56,873 bases of DNA, taken from positions 1 to 56,873 of the forward strand of contig JBBQDQ010000004.1 in assembly GCA_038319835.1 (NCBI GenBank), in the 5' to 3' direction. This DNA comes from Thermoanaerobaculia bacterium (GTDB lineage: Bacteria; Acidobacteriota; Thermoanaerobaculia; UBA5066). Numbering within the stretch: the stretch's first letter is position 1; the number at the start of each line of letters is the position of its first letter. This document shows positions 9,402-17,281 of the stretch, piece by piece. The position numbers and the translations under genes are program-made. The notes below the pieces were generated by a model. It saw only the letters and a list, made by a program, of their open reading frames with translations. It was not told the DNA's origin and searched no databases.

Positions 9402-10021
9402 CACTCCGTGATACGCAACGAGCGCGCCGGGGTTTCCGTCCCCTCCATGCGGCGGCCGGCCGATGCGACCGAGATCGCGTCCGCGGCGCTTTCGCGGCAG
9501 GCGCCGCCCCTCTCGCACCCCGCCCACCATCTTTCGTCCCCGACACGCGTGACCGCTCCGTCCGGCTCGGCCTTCCAGATTCCTCTCCGCGAAACCGTAT
9601 AGACCGCAATTCCGAGGCGTGCCGCGGTGGCGCGATCGTTCTCCGACGGCCGGGGATCGACGACGGCCGGATGGGTGTGGACGATCGCGAACGCACCCGG
9701 AACCGGCGGCCCCTCCCAGCGGGACTGCAGGTATCTCCGGTCCCACGGCCACGGGTGCCACGCGAGGCTGGCGGCGCTCCGCACGACCCACGCCGCGCGT
9801 TCCGAGCGGTCGGAGCCGAACCCGCTCGCGGCGAACAGCCGGTACGCGTTCTCCTGCATGTCTGCCTCGAGGGCGCGCTCGGCGACCGAGAGCCGGCCGC
9901 GGGCCGGCTCGGCGGAGCCGATGCCGGTGGAGCCCGCGACGCCCGGGGCGGCCGCCGAGAGCGCGCTCCAGCCGGCGAGCGCGGCGGCGGCGAGTCGCGG
10001 TGCGGTGCGGGAGCGCGTCAT
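9401..10021 (-). CDS. Secreted/periplasmic protein with a JAB/MPN-like (JAMM-type) motif
   Basis: C-terminal 206 codons of ORF 9401..11266, starting at ATG 10021 with AGGAG just upstream. Signal-peptide-like MTRSRTAPRLAAAALAGWSALSAAAPGVAG. 'FAIVHTHPAVVDPRPSENDRATAARLGIAVYTV' resembles H-x-H-x(7-8)-S-x-x-D. The TGA stop overlaps the regulator's ATG (TGATG at 9403-9399). Confidence 0.6.
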   Translation of the reverse strand: MTRSRTAPRLAAAALAGWSALSAAAPGVAGSTGIGSAEPARGRLSVAERALEADMQENAYRLFAASGFGSDRSERAAWVVRSAASLAWHPWPWDRRYLQSRWEGPPVPGAFAIVHTHPAVVDPRPSENDRATAARLGIAVYTVSRRGIWKAEPDGAVTRVGDERWWAGCERGGACRESAADAISVASAGRRMEGTETPARSLRITE

Positions 10022-10057
10022 CGCTCCTGAATCTCGGTCTCGGGAGCGGTCCCGTCG

Positions 10058-10095
10058 CGCCCGCCGGGACGGCGCCGCCGCGCGCCGGGACGGCG
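10058..10095 (-). promoter_or_regulatory. 17-nt direct repeat (1 mismatch) with a 21-nt period upstream of the JAB-like/regulator genes; candidate operator
   Basis: cgcccGCCGGGACGGCG at 10058-10074 and cgcgcGCCGGGACGGCG at 10079-10095 (plus strand). They lie 37-74 nt upstream of ATG 10021, in the 101-nt gap after the kinase gene. Confidence 0.35.
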
Positions 10096-10122
10096 GCGCG
10101 CGTGCGCGGGAGCAACTCGCTG

Positions 10123-11250
10123 CTAGAAGCCGTACACGGCGGGCGGCTCGAGCGTGCCGCCGTCGGCCGCCGTCGGCTCGACGACGAGCGGAAACGCGAG
10201 CGCGATCGCGAAGCCCCCGCCGGGCGCGTTCGCGTAAGAGAGCGTGAAGTCGTCTCCGAATAGGTGGCGCAGGCGTTCGCGCGTGTTCGTGAGGCCGATT
10301 CCTTCGCGCACGGGCCCCGGCCCGAGTCCCGGGCCGTCGTCGGCCACGCGCAGGAGGAGGCGGCCGCCCTCGTGCGTCGCGCTCACCTCCAGGCGGCCCG
10401 CCTCCGAGTCCCTTGCGATGCCGTGGCGGATCGCGTTCTCGACGAGCGGCTGCAGGAGGAGGTTCGGGACGCGCGCGTCGAGCACCTCGGACCGGATCCG
10501 GAAGCGCGTCGAGAGGCGGTCGCCGAAGCGCGTCTTCTCGATCGCGAGGTAGCGCTCGAGGAAGTCCAGCTCCTCGCGCAGCGTGACCTCCGCCCGCCCC
10601 GTGTTGCGGAGGGTCAGGCGGAGGAACTCCGCGAGCTGAAGGACCATGCTCTCGGCCGCGTCGGGCTTGGGCTTGAGGAGCGCCGCGATCGCGTTGAGCG
10701 TGTTGAAGAGGAAGTGCGGCTGGAGCTGCATCTTGAGCGCGCCGAGCTCCGCCTTCACGAGCTGGGTCTGGAGCCGCGACGCGGCGAGCTCGCGGTCGCG
10801 GAACTTCGCGTAGGTGTCCGCGGCCCACGCGAGAGCGACGAGAGCCGCGTACGTGAGGATGTTCGCGTGGAAATTCAGGCGGAAGAAGCTGCCGAGCGCC
10901 CATGCGAGCGAGCTCGTTCCGCCCGACTGGACGACGGCGTAGAGGAGCGCCCCCGCGACGAGGAGCTGGACGGCAGAAAGGACGACGCTCGCTCCGGCGT
11001 GGACGGCGAGGCTCCTCTTCCAGCGGGCCCGGTCGAGGGGAAACCGGCGGGCGAGGCCGAGGATCGCGGGAGTCAGGAGGGCCCAGAGCCAGTAGAACGG
11101 CAGGTTGATCAGGAGCGCCCGTCCGAAGGAGATCTCCCGCCCCCCGGAGGTGATCGGGTAGAGGAAGTAGAGCTGGCTTGCGAAGAAGACGCCGGCCGCC
11201 GTCCAGACGCCGAAGATGACGGCGGGTCTTCTCCCGGGAGCGACGGTCAT
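10123..11250 (-). CDS. LytS/YehU-type sensor histidine kinase (membrane)
   Basis: Several N-terminal TM helices. 'LKMQLQPHFLFNTLNAIAAL' (His_kinase H-box of the LytS family), 'LLLQPLVENAIRHG' (N-box), 'VADDGPGL' and 'GIGLTNTRERL' (G-boxes). Confidence 0.9.
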   Translation of the reverse strand: MTVAPGRRPAVIFGVWTAAGVFFASQLYFLYPITSGGREISFGRALLINLPFYWLWALLTPAILGLARRFPLDRARWKRSLAVHAGASVVLSAVQLLVAGALLYAVVQSGGTSSLAWALGSFFRLNFHANILTYAALVALAWAADTYAKFRDRELAASRLQTQLVKAELGALKMQLQPHFLFNTLNAIAALLKPKPDAAESMVLQLAEFLRLTLRNTGRAEVTLREELDFLERYLAIEKTRFGDRLSTRFRIRSEVLDARVPNLLLQPLVENAIRHGIARDSEAGRLEVSATHEGGRLLLRVADDGPGLGPGPVREGIGLTNTRERLRHLFGDDFTLSYANAPGGGFAIALAFPLVVEPTAADGGTLEPPAVYGF

Positions 11251-11252
11251 GG

Positions 11253-11309
11253 GGACGGATACGCACCGGCCGGGGCCGGGGTTGCCGGCCGGTGCGTCGG
11301 AATCCGTTC
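11253..11309 (-). promoter_or_regulatory. Large intercistronic stem-loop between the upstream OMP gene and the kinase gene (no U-tract)
   Basis: Perfect 13-bp stem acgcaccggccgg (11261-11273) / ccggccggtgcgt (11285-11297) with an 11-nt loop. It is extended by ggacggat (11253-11260) / atccgttc (11302-11309). The structure fills most of the 67-nt gap. Confidence 0.45.
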
Positions 11310-11317
11310 TCCGAGGT

Positions 11318-14275
11318 CTAGAACCGAACGCCCGCCGCGAGCGTGAAAGTGCGCGGGAGCTGGTAGTCGAGGTTGTTGCGGGCCGTGCCGAACGACGGGG
11401 CGTAGTCCCAGTTCGTGCCGCGAACCGGTGCCGTCGTGAAGGGGTTGAACCCCGTGTAGGCGGCGGAGTTTACCGCCGTCCTTACGGAGGTCGAGAGGCC
11501 GACGAGACCCCGCCGGTTCAGCACGTTCAGGACCTGCGGCTGGACGAAGATCTCGAACGTCCCGGCGATGTGCGCCGTGAAGTTCAGGGAGAGGTCCGTC
11601 CTGAGGATCGTGTCCGTGCGGAACGCGTCGCGCGCCGTGAAGTAGTAGTTCACGGAGGACGGCGGCGTCGCGTAGTTCGGCGCGCTCGTCACGTAGGCGC
11701 CTGAGTTCACGAGCCCGACCGCCCCGTACGGGACGCCCGTGTCGATGGACTGGACGGCGGCGATGTTGAGAGAGCCCAGTTTCGCCGGGATGAACGGGAG
11801 GTTGTACGACGCGAAGAGCTTCACCCTGTGGCGCTCGTCGGTCCCGAGCGACCCGTACGGGTTGTTCCAGGCCGGGTCCTTGTACTCCGGGTACGTCTCG
11901 CTCGCGTTCGGGACGGGCCCCGAGGCGGTCGTCTCGCCGTTCAGGTTTCCGAGCGTGTGCGACCACGTCCAGTTGATGCCGCCGTTGAAGCCGCCGTTCC
12001 GGTAGGAGAGGCTCGTGTGGAGGCCCGTGTAGTTCCGCTCGACGCTGTTCGAGTTGTTGATGAAGCCGATGTCGTAGCGGTTCCCGAACTCGTCGGCCCC
12101 GCTCCCCGTCGCGCCGTTGATCACGTTGTTGTAGAAGTCGCGGCCCTCGCGCCTCACGAGGTCCACGCGGTAGGCAAAGGACGAGCCGACGTTGCCGGCG
12201 AACGTGGCCGCGTACTCGATCGTGGAGGGCGAGTCGAGCGAGCCGTTGATCTTCGTCGTGAGCCCGGGGACGTTCGCGTAGGCGAGCGGGAGCCGGCACG
12301 TCGCGAGGTCCGGGCAGCCCTGCGCGAAGAACCAGTTGAAGACCTGCTGAAGCGCCTGGGCGCGCGTCACGAGCGGCGTGCCCGGGGCCGGGTTCACGTT
12401 GATCGGAGCGCCTTCGTAGTACCAGATGAAGAGTGCCGGCGAGCCGCCGTCGGACGAGGAATCCACGAGGCTGTCCTGGATCGCGCCGACGTATTTCGCG
12501 TAGCTCGCGCCGACCCGGAACGTCCCCTTCCCGGTCACGTCGAACGCCGCCGCGACGCGGGGGCTGAAGGTGCTGTCGTCCGCGCGGACGACGCCGTTGC
12601 TGTCCTCGGCGTGGTTCTTGTCCCACCGGACGCCGAGGTTGAACGAGAGGCGGTCGTTCATCCGCCACGAGTCGTTCACGAAGACGGAGTGCGTGAGGGC
12701 GTCCGTCCCCTTGCTCAGGTTCGCGATCGGCGTGTAGTAGACGTAGGACAGGTTGTCGATGACGGGATAGAGGTCCGTGTTCGTGATGATCGTGTTCGTC
12801 GCGAAGATGCGGTAGTTGCTGCCGGACTGGTAGTTGTTCGCCTTGCGCTGTCCGGAGAAGTTATCGTAACCCGCCACGATGTTGTGCGAGCCGAGGGCGC
12901 CCGTGGAGAGGAACCAAGTCCCCTTGAGGAGGTAGTCCTGGTTGTCCCGCGACTCTGGGTCGCAGACGCCGCAGAACGTCGGGGAGTTGTACCGCGCGTT
13001 GCTCCGCGACTTGTCGCGGATGATCGTCCCGTTGATGAGGTCCTTGTAGGGCGAGCCCGAGTTCTCGAACGAGAACTTGCGCCGCGAATAGAGGCCCTCG
13101 ACGAAGAACGAGTTCGAGAGGACGCCGTTGTAGTTGACCGTCAGGATGTCCTGCGGGAGCTGGCGCGCGGGCACGAGGCTCGCGAGGTCCAGGCAGCCCG
13201 TCGGGCAGAAGGCCGAGTTCGTCTGCTCCTCGTCGACGTGGAGGAAGTTGCCGGTCAGCGTGTGGTTGTTCTCGGGAGTCAGCGTGAGCTTGCCCTGGTA
13301 GCGCTTCTCCGTGTCCCCGACCGGGTAGGAGAGGTTCGTGAACGTCGTCTGGCCGGAGGTCGTCTGGTCGAAGTAGCGGCCGGAGCCGAAGAACCACACG
13401 TGGTCCTTCCAGATCGGACCGCCGATCGTCGCTTCGTACTGCGGGTTCACGTTCTGCGGCGTGACCTCGTTCTTGGGCGTCGTCGCCGACCACGCCGCGT
13501 TCGTGAGCGTGGACCGGAACGAGCCGCTGAACGTGTTGCCGCCCGATTTCGTGATCGTGTTCACGACGCCGCCCGTGAAGCGGCCAAACTCGGCGGACAC
13601 GGAGGACGTGGACGTCGTCGTCTCGGCGATCGCGTCCTCGATGAAGAGGTTGTTCGGCGTCCCGCGGACGTTGTCCGTGACGACGGCGCCGTCCACCGTG
13701 AAGAGGTTGTCGAAGGACTGCCCGCCCGAGATCGTGACGACGGGCGCGACGCCGTTCCCGATGCGGTCGCTCGAGCCCGGGCCGTTCGTGTTGACGCCCG
13801 CCGCAAGCGAGACGGAGGAGAGGAGCGTGCGCGTCAGGGGCAGATTGTCCGTGAGCTCCTTCGTGAACGTCTGGGCCGCCTGCGGCGTCGTCGTCGCGAT
13901 CGTCTCGGACTTCCCGACGACGGTCGCGGTCGTTTCGACGCCCGAGAGCCCGAGGACGGTGTCGAGCCGCGCCTCCTGCCCGACCGTGACGGGCTGCGTG
14001 CGGGTCTCCGTCTTGAACCCCTGCAGGGCGAACGTCACGGTGTAGGAGCCGGGCGGGAGGCCTGGGAAAACGTAGTCGCCGTTCGCGGAGGTCGGCGTCG
14101 ACCGCGCGCCCTGCAGGGCGTTCGACTTGAGTGTGACGAGGACGCCGGGCAGCCCCTGCCCTTCGTTCGTGACGCGGCCGCGAAGCGTGGCGGTCGTCAC
14201 GCTCTGGGCGAACGCCGCCGAGGCCGTGACGAGGAGCCCGAGAACGATGAAGACGCGGATTACGGTTTGGCGCAT
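11318..14275 (-). CDS. Outer-membrane TonB-dependent-receptor-like protein with an N-terminal carboxypeptidase-regulatory-like domain (paralog of 5435..8455)
   Basis: I prefer ATG 14275 (MRQTVIRVFIVLGLLVTASAAFAQ), which has ccAGGAGGaagg upstream. 'LRGRVTNEGQGLPGVLVTLKS..SANGDYVFPGLPPGSYTVTFALQGF'. Plug-like 'VTISGGQSFDNLFTVDGAVVTDN'. Ends ..LAAGVRF. Confidence 0.9.
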   Translation of the reverse strand: MRQTVIRVFIVLGLLVTASAAFAQSVTTATLRGRVTNEGQGLPGVLVTLKSNALQGARSTPTSANGDYVFPGLPPGSYTVTFALQGFKTETRTQPVTVGQEARLDTVLGLSGVETTATVVGKSETIATTTPQAAQTFTKELTDNLPLTRTLLSSVSLAAGVNTNGPGSSDRIGNGVAPVVTISGGQSFDNLFTVDGAVVTDNVRGTPNNLFIEDAIAETTTSTSSVSAEFGRFTGGVVNTITKSGGNTFSGSFRSTLTNAAWSATTPKNEVTPQNVNPQYEATIGGPIWKDHVWFFGSGRYFDQTTSGQTTFTNLSYPVGDTEKRYQGKLTLTPENNHTLTGNFLHVDEEQTNSAFCPTGCLDLASLVPARQLPQDILTVNYNGVLSNSFFVEGLYSRRKFSFENSGSPYKDLINGTIIRDKSRSNARYNSPTFCGVCDPESRDNQDYLLKGTWFLSTGALGSHNIVAGYDNFSGQRKANNYQSGSNYRIFATNTIITNTDLYPVIDNLSYVYYTPIANLSKGTDALTHSVFVNDSWRMNDRLSFNLGVRWDKNHAEDSNGVVRADDSTFSPRVAAAFDVTGKGTFRVGASYAKYVGAIQDSLVDSSSDGGSPALFIWYYEGAPINVNPAPGTPLVTRAQALQQVFNWFFAQGCPDLATCRLPLAYANVPGLTTKINGSLDSPSTIEYAATFAGNVGSSFAYRVDLVRREGRDFYNNVINGATGSGADEFGNRYDIGFINNSNSVERNYTGLHTSLSYRNGGFNGGINWTWSHTLGNLNGETTASGPVPNASETYPEYKDPAWNNPYGSLGTDERHRVKLFASYNLPFIPAKLGSLNIAAVQSIDTGVPYGAVGLVNSGAYVTSAPNYATPPSSVNYYFTARDAFRTDTILRTDLSLNFTAHIAGTFEIFVQPQVLNVLNRRGLVGLSTSVRTAVNSAAYTGFNPFTTAPVRGTNWDYAPSFGTARNNLDYQLPRTFTLAAGVRF

Positions 14276-14455
14276 GCCTTCCTCCTGGGCGACGCGCAGC
14301 CCCGCGACGGCGGGACGCGTGCCTCGAACCGGCAAGTTGGGGCCGCCCGCGCGATTTCGAAACGGTTCTGGGACGGGCGACCCCGCGCGGGGGCGGACGG
14401 CCGGCTCTCCGGGACGGGACGCCCGTCGGGCGGCGTCGTCCGGGATTCCGGAGTG

Positions 14456-14833
14456 TCAGCCCGAAGCCGCCGCGCGGCGCCGGCGCCGCAGGACCTCTTC
14501 GGTCACGGAGCGGCCCGAGCCCTCCGCTCCCGCCGTCCACGTCCAGCGCTCGTGCAGGCGGTACCGGCCGTCCGGGAGAACCACCGTCCGCGCCCGGCAC
14601 CGGCCCGCCCGGAAGTCGCCGTTCTTGTTCAGGTGCTGGTAGACCATGTCGAGGCGCCCACCCGACCCGGCCCGCGCGAGGAGAGTTCCGAACGAGACGT
14701 CGCCGCCGTGATACGTCGCCCAGACGACGGCGCCCTTCTGGCGGTAGTGAAAAATGGTCTCGGAGCCGGACTCGCCTGCGCCAGAGTTGCTCACGGTCCG
14801 GAAGCGGCGACCGTCGAGGTCGAAGTCGGACAT
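14456..14833 (-). CDS. Small conserved hypothetical protein (125 aa, cytoplasmic)
   Basis: High-GC3 ORF MSDFDLDGRRFRTVSNSGAGESGSETIFHYRQKGAVVWATYHGG.. with no signal peptide. It resembles a widespread ~120-aa family of unknown function. I assign no function. Confidence 0.55.
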   Translation of the reverse strand: MSDFDLDGRRFRTVSNSGAGESGSETIFHYRQKGAVVWATYHGGDVSFGTLLARAGSGGRLDMVYQHLNKNGDFRAGRCRARTVVLPDGRYRLHERWTWTAGAEGSGRSVTEEVLRRRRRAAASG

Positions 14834-14916
14834 GCCCCAAACAATAGAATCTCCGTTCCGCGGGCGGAGTCGCGCGGGACGAGCCTGCCGCGCCGGGGGA
14901 CGAAAGGGACGACACG

Positions 14917-15969
14917 ATGGACGGCGGGAGCGGCGCGGACTTCGCGCCCGCGTGGTGGTTGCGCGGCGCGCACCGGCAGACGGTCTGGGGCCGCCTCGCG
15001 CGCTCCCGCCGGCTCGTGCCGCTCCGTCGCGAGGCCCTCACGGCGCCCGACGGCGACACGCTCTTCCTCGATCACGCCGACGCGCCCGCCGCCGAGGGCG
15101 CGCCGCCGCTCCTGATCCTCCACGGGCTCGAGGGAAGCTCGCACTCCGTCTACGCGCAGGGCCTCCTCGCGCTCGGCCTCGCCGCAGGGATGAAGCCTTC
15201 CGTCCTGAACTTCCGTTTCTGCGCGCGCGATCTCACGGACCTCTCGCGCATCCTCCCGAATGAACGCCCGCGGCTCTATCACTCGGGCGAGACGACGGAC
15301 TTCGACTTCGTCCTCCGGACGCTGGCCGCGCGGCACGGCGGACCGGTCCTTGCGGCGGGCGTCTCGCTCGGCGGAAACGTGCTCCTGAAATGGCTCGGGG
15401 AGCATCCCGGCGAGCGGCTCGTCGCGGCCGCCGCGACGCTCTCAGTCCCGTACGACCTCGCGGCCGGGGACCGGCACATGTCGTCCTTCCCCTCCGCTCT
15501 CTACGTGCGTGCGTTCGTGAAGACGCTCGTCCCGAAAGGCGAGTCCCTCGCGCGGCGGTTCCCGGAGGCGGCGGCGCGCCTCGACCTCCCCCGCGCGGCG
15601 CGCGCCTGGACGTTCCGCGAGTTCGACGACGCCGCGACCGCTCCTCTCCACGGGTTTGCGGGCGCCGCCGACTACTACGCGCGTTCGAGCTCGCTGCGCG
15701 TCCTCGGCGCCATCGCCGTTCCGACGCTCTGCCTCTCCGCGCTCGACGATCCGTTCGTGCCGCCCGCGTCCGTCGAAGCCGCGCGTGCGGCGGCCTCCTC
15801 GTCCGTGAGCTTTCTCGTCACAGAGCGCGGCGGGCACGCCGGCTGGATCGCGGCGCGAGGTCTTTCGCCGGTCTCCTGGGGCGAGGAGCAGGCCGTCGCA
15901 TTCCTCGCGCGCTACGATCTCCGCCACGTGAGCTCCACGAACGCGCAGACGACCGCCCCGGCGAAATGA
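14917..15969 (+). CDS. Alpha/beta hydrolase, YheT/ABHD1-3-like
   Basis: 'WWLRGAHRQTVWG', 'PLLILHGLEGSS', nucleophile elbow 'GVSLGGN', and C-terminal 'ERGGHAGW'. Confidence 0.85.
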   Translation: MDGGSGADFAPAWWLRGAHRQTVWGRLARSRRLVPLRREALTAPDGDTLFLDHADAPAAEGAPPLLILHGLEGSSHSVYAQGLLALGLAAGMKPSVLNFRFCARDLTDLSRILPNERPRLYHSGETTDFDFVLRTLAARHGGPVLAAGVSLGGNVLLKWLGEHPGERLVAAAATLSVPYDLAAGDRHMSSFPSALYVRAFVKTLVPKGESLARRFPEAAARLDLPRAARAWTFREFDDAATAPLHGFAGAADYYARSSSLRVLGAIAVPTLCLSALDDPFVPPASVEAARAAASSSVSFLVTERGGHAGWIAARGLSPVSWGEEQAVAFLARYDLRHVSSTNAQTTAPAK

Positions 15970-17222
15970 TGCAGGCCGCCGACCTCGGGCCCGTTGCCGA
16001 ATCCGACCAGACCCAGTCCCCGGTCGACCTCTTCCTGATCATCGCGGGCGCAAACCTCGTCGCGACGACACTCCAGACGGGCGCGAGTCTCGCGCCCGCC
16101 TTCGGCCTCCGCCAGGCGGCGGTCCTCGTCGGCGCGGGCGTGATCCTCGGGACCGCTCTCGTCGCCGCGCTCACGCCCCTCGGCCCGCGCCTCGGCGTCC
16201 CGTCCGTCGTCGCGTGCCGCGCGGCCCTCGGCCTGCGCGGGGGCGCTCTCGTCTCGCTCATTCTCTACGTGACGAACTTCGCGTGGATCGCCCTCAACAA
16301 CGTCATCGCGGCCTCCGCGTGCGCGCGCCTCTTCGGCGGGCCCGGCAGCGCGCGCTGGTGGGCGCTCGGCCTCGGTCTCCTCGCCACGGCCGTCGTCGCC
16401 GGAGGGCCGCGGGCCGTCGGCCACGCGGATCGCGTCGCGGTCCCGCTGCTCCTCGTGATCGGCGGCGTCCTGACGTTCGCCTGCCTGCGTCTCCCACCTG
16501 CCGTAGCAGCCGCTCCGGGTCACGGCGGGATGTCCGCCGTGCGCGGCCTCGACGTCGTGATCGGCTACCAGGTGTCCTGGCTCCTCGTCTTCGGCGACTA
16601 CCCGCGCTACACGCGTTCGGCCGGGAAGGCCACGGCGGCGGTCTTCCTCGGCCTCGCGCTGACGAGCCTCTGGTTCCTCCCTCTCGGGTTCCTCACAGCG
16701 CGCGCGGCGGGGTCGACGAATCCCGGCGCGATGCTCGCGGCCGTGGGCATCGGCGGCCTCGGCGCCGTCCTCCTCGCCCTCGCGACGCTCACGACGAACT
16801 TCGTGAACATCTACATGTCCGCGCTCGCCTGGAAGAGCCTCGTTCCCGCCGCGCGGGACCGCGCCTCCGTCTGGACGATCGGGATCGTGGGTGCCGTGCT
16901 GTCGCTCTTCTCCGGATGGATCGAGCGCTACGCGGACTTCATGCTTCTCCTCGGCGGCCTCCTCGTGCCCGTCGGCGGGGTCCTCCTCGCGCACTTCTTC
17001 CTCGTCCGGCGACCCGTCGACGTCCCGGCCCTCTATGCCAAGGCCGGACCCGCGAGCCGCCATGGCGGCTTCGCGATCCCCGGGATGTGCGGGTGGGCCG
17101 CGGGCGCGGGCGCGTATTTCCTCGCGGGATCGACGGGCGGGACGCTGCCCGCGCTCGCCACGGCCCTCGCCGTCACGTGGGGGCTCTCCCGGTTGCTGCC
17201 GCCGGCCGCCGCTCAGGCTTAG
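15966..17222 (+). CDS. NCS1/CodB-like permease (cytosine/purine/uracil/thiamine/allantoin family)
   Basis: Uses the internal ATG 15966 of ORF 15390..17222, overlapping the hydrolase stop (ATGA). 418 aa and very hydrophobic (~12 TM). 'VDLFLIIAGANLVATTLQTG', 'NFAWIALNNVIAASA', 'GDYPRYTRS'. Confidence 0.8.
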   Translation: MMQAADLGPVAESDQTQSPVDLFLIIAGANLVATTLQTGASLAPAFGLRQAAVLVGAGVILGTALVAALTPLGPRLGVPSVVACRAALGLRGGALVSLILYVTNFAWIALNNVIAASACARLFGGPGSARWWALGLGLLATAVVAGGPRAVGHADRVAVPLLLVIGGVLTFACLRLPPAVAAAPGHGGMSAVRGLDVVIGYQVSWLLVFGDYPRYTRSAGKATAAVFLGLALTSLWFLPLGFLTARAAGSTNPGAMLAAVGIGGLGAVLLALATLTTNFVNIYMSALAWKSLVPAARDRASVWTIGIVGAVLSLFSGWIERYADFMLLLGGLLVPVGGVLLAHFFLVRRPVDVPALYAKAGPASRHGGFAIPGMCGWAAGAGAYFLAGSTGGTLPALATALAVTWGLSRLLPPAAAQA

Positions 17223-17281
17223 TTTCCGGCTCTATGCCGCCGGCCGGGTTCCGGCGTCTCTTGTGGGACCAGGGAGGTCCC

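Noticed and set aside
9402-10115. N-terminal 238-codon extension of the LytTR regulator ORF (8622..10115).
   Set aside because: The extension is Arg/Gly/Pro junk with no receiver or other motif. The receiver domain starts right at the internal ATG 9401. The region is better explained by the JAB-like gene in another frame.
14276-14335. 20-codon upstream extension of OMP2. The same issue applies to the 9-codon extension of secG at 46420..46446.
   Set aside because: The internal ATGs (14275 and 46447) are preceded by good Shine-Dalgarno sequences and begin directly with the signal peptide or first TM helix. The extensions add only charged residues.
14355-14362. AT-rich perfect palindrome TTTCGAAA about 80 nt upstream of OMP2 as a possible operator.
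   Set aside because: It is only 8 bp and a single copy. It is not found upstream of the paralogous OMP1 or the regulator genes, and LytTR proteins bind direct repeats rather than palindromes.
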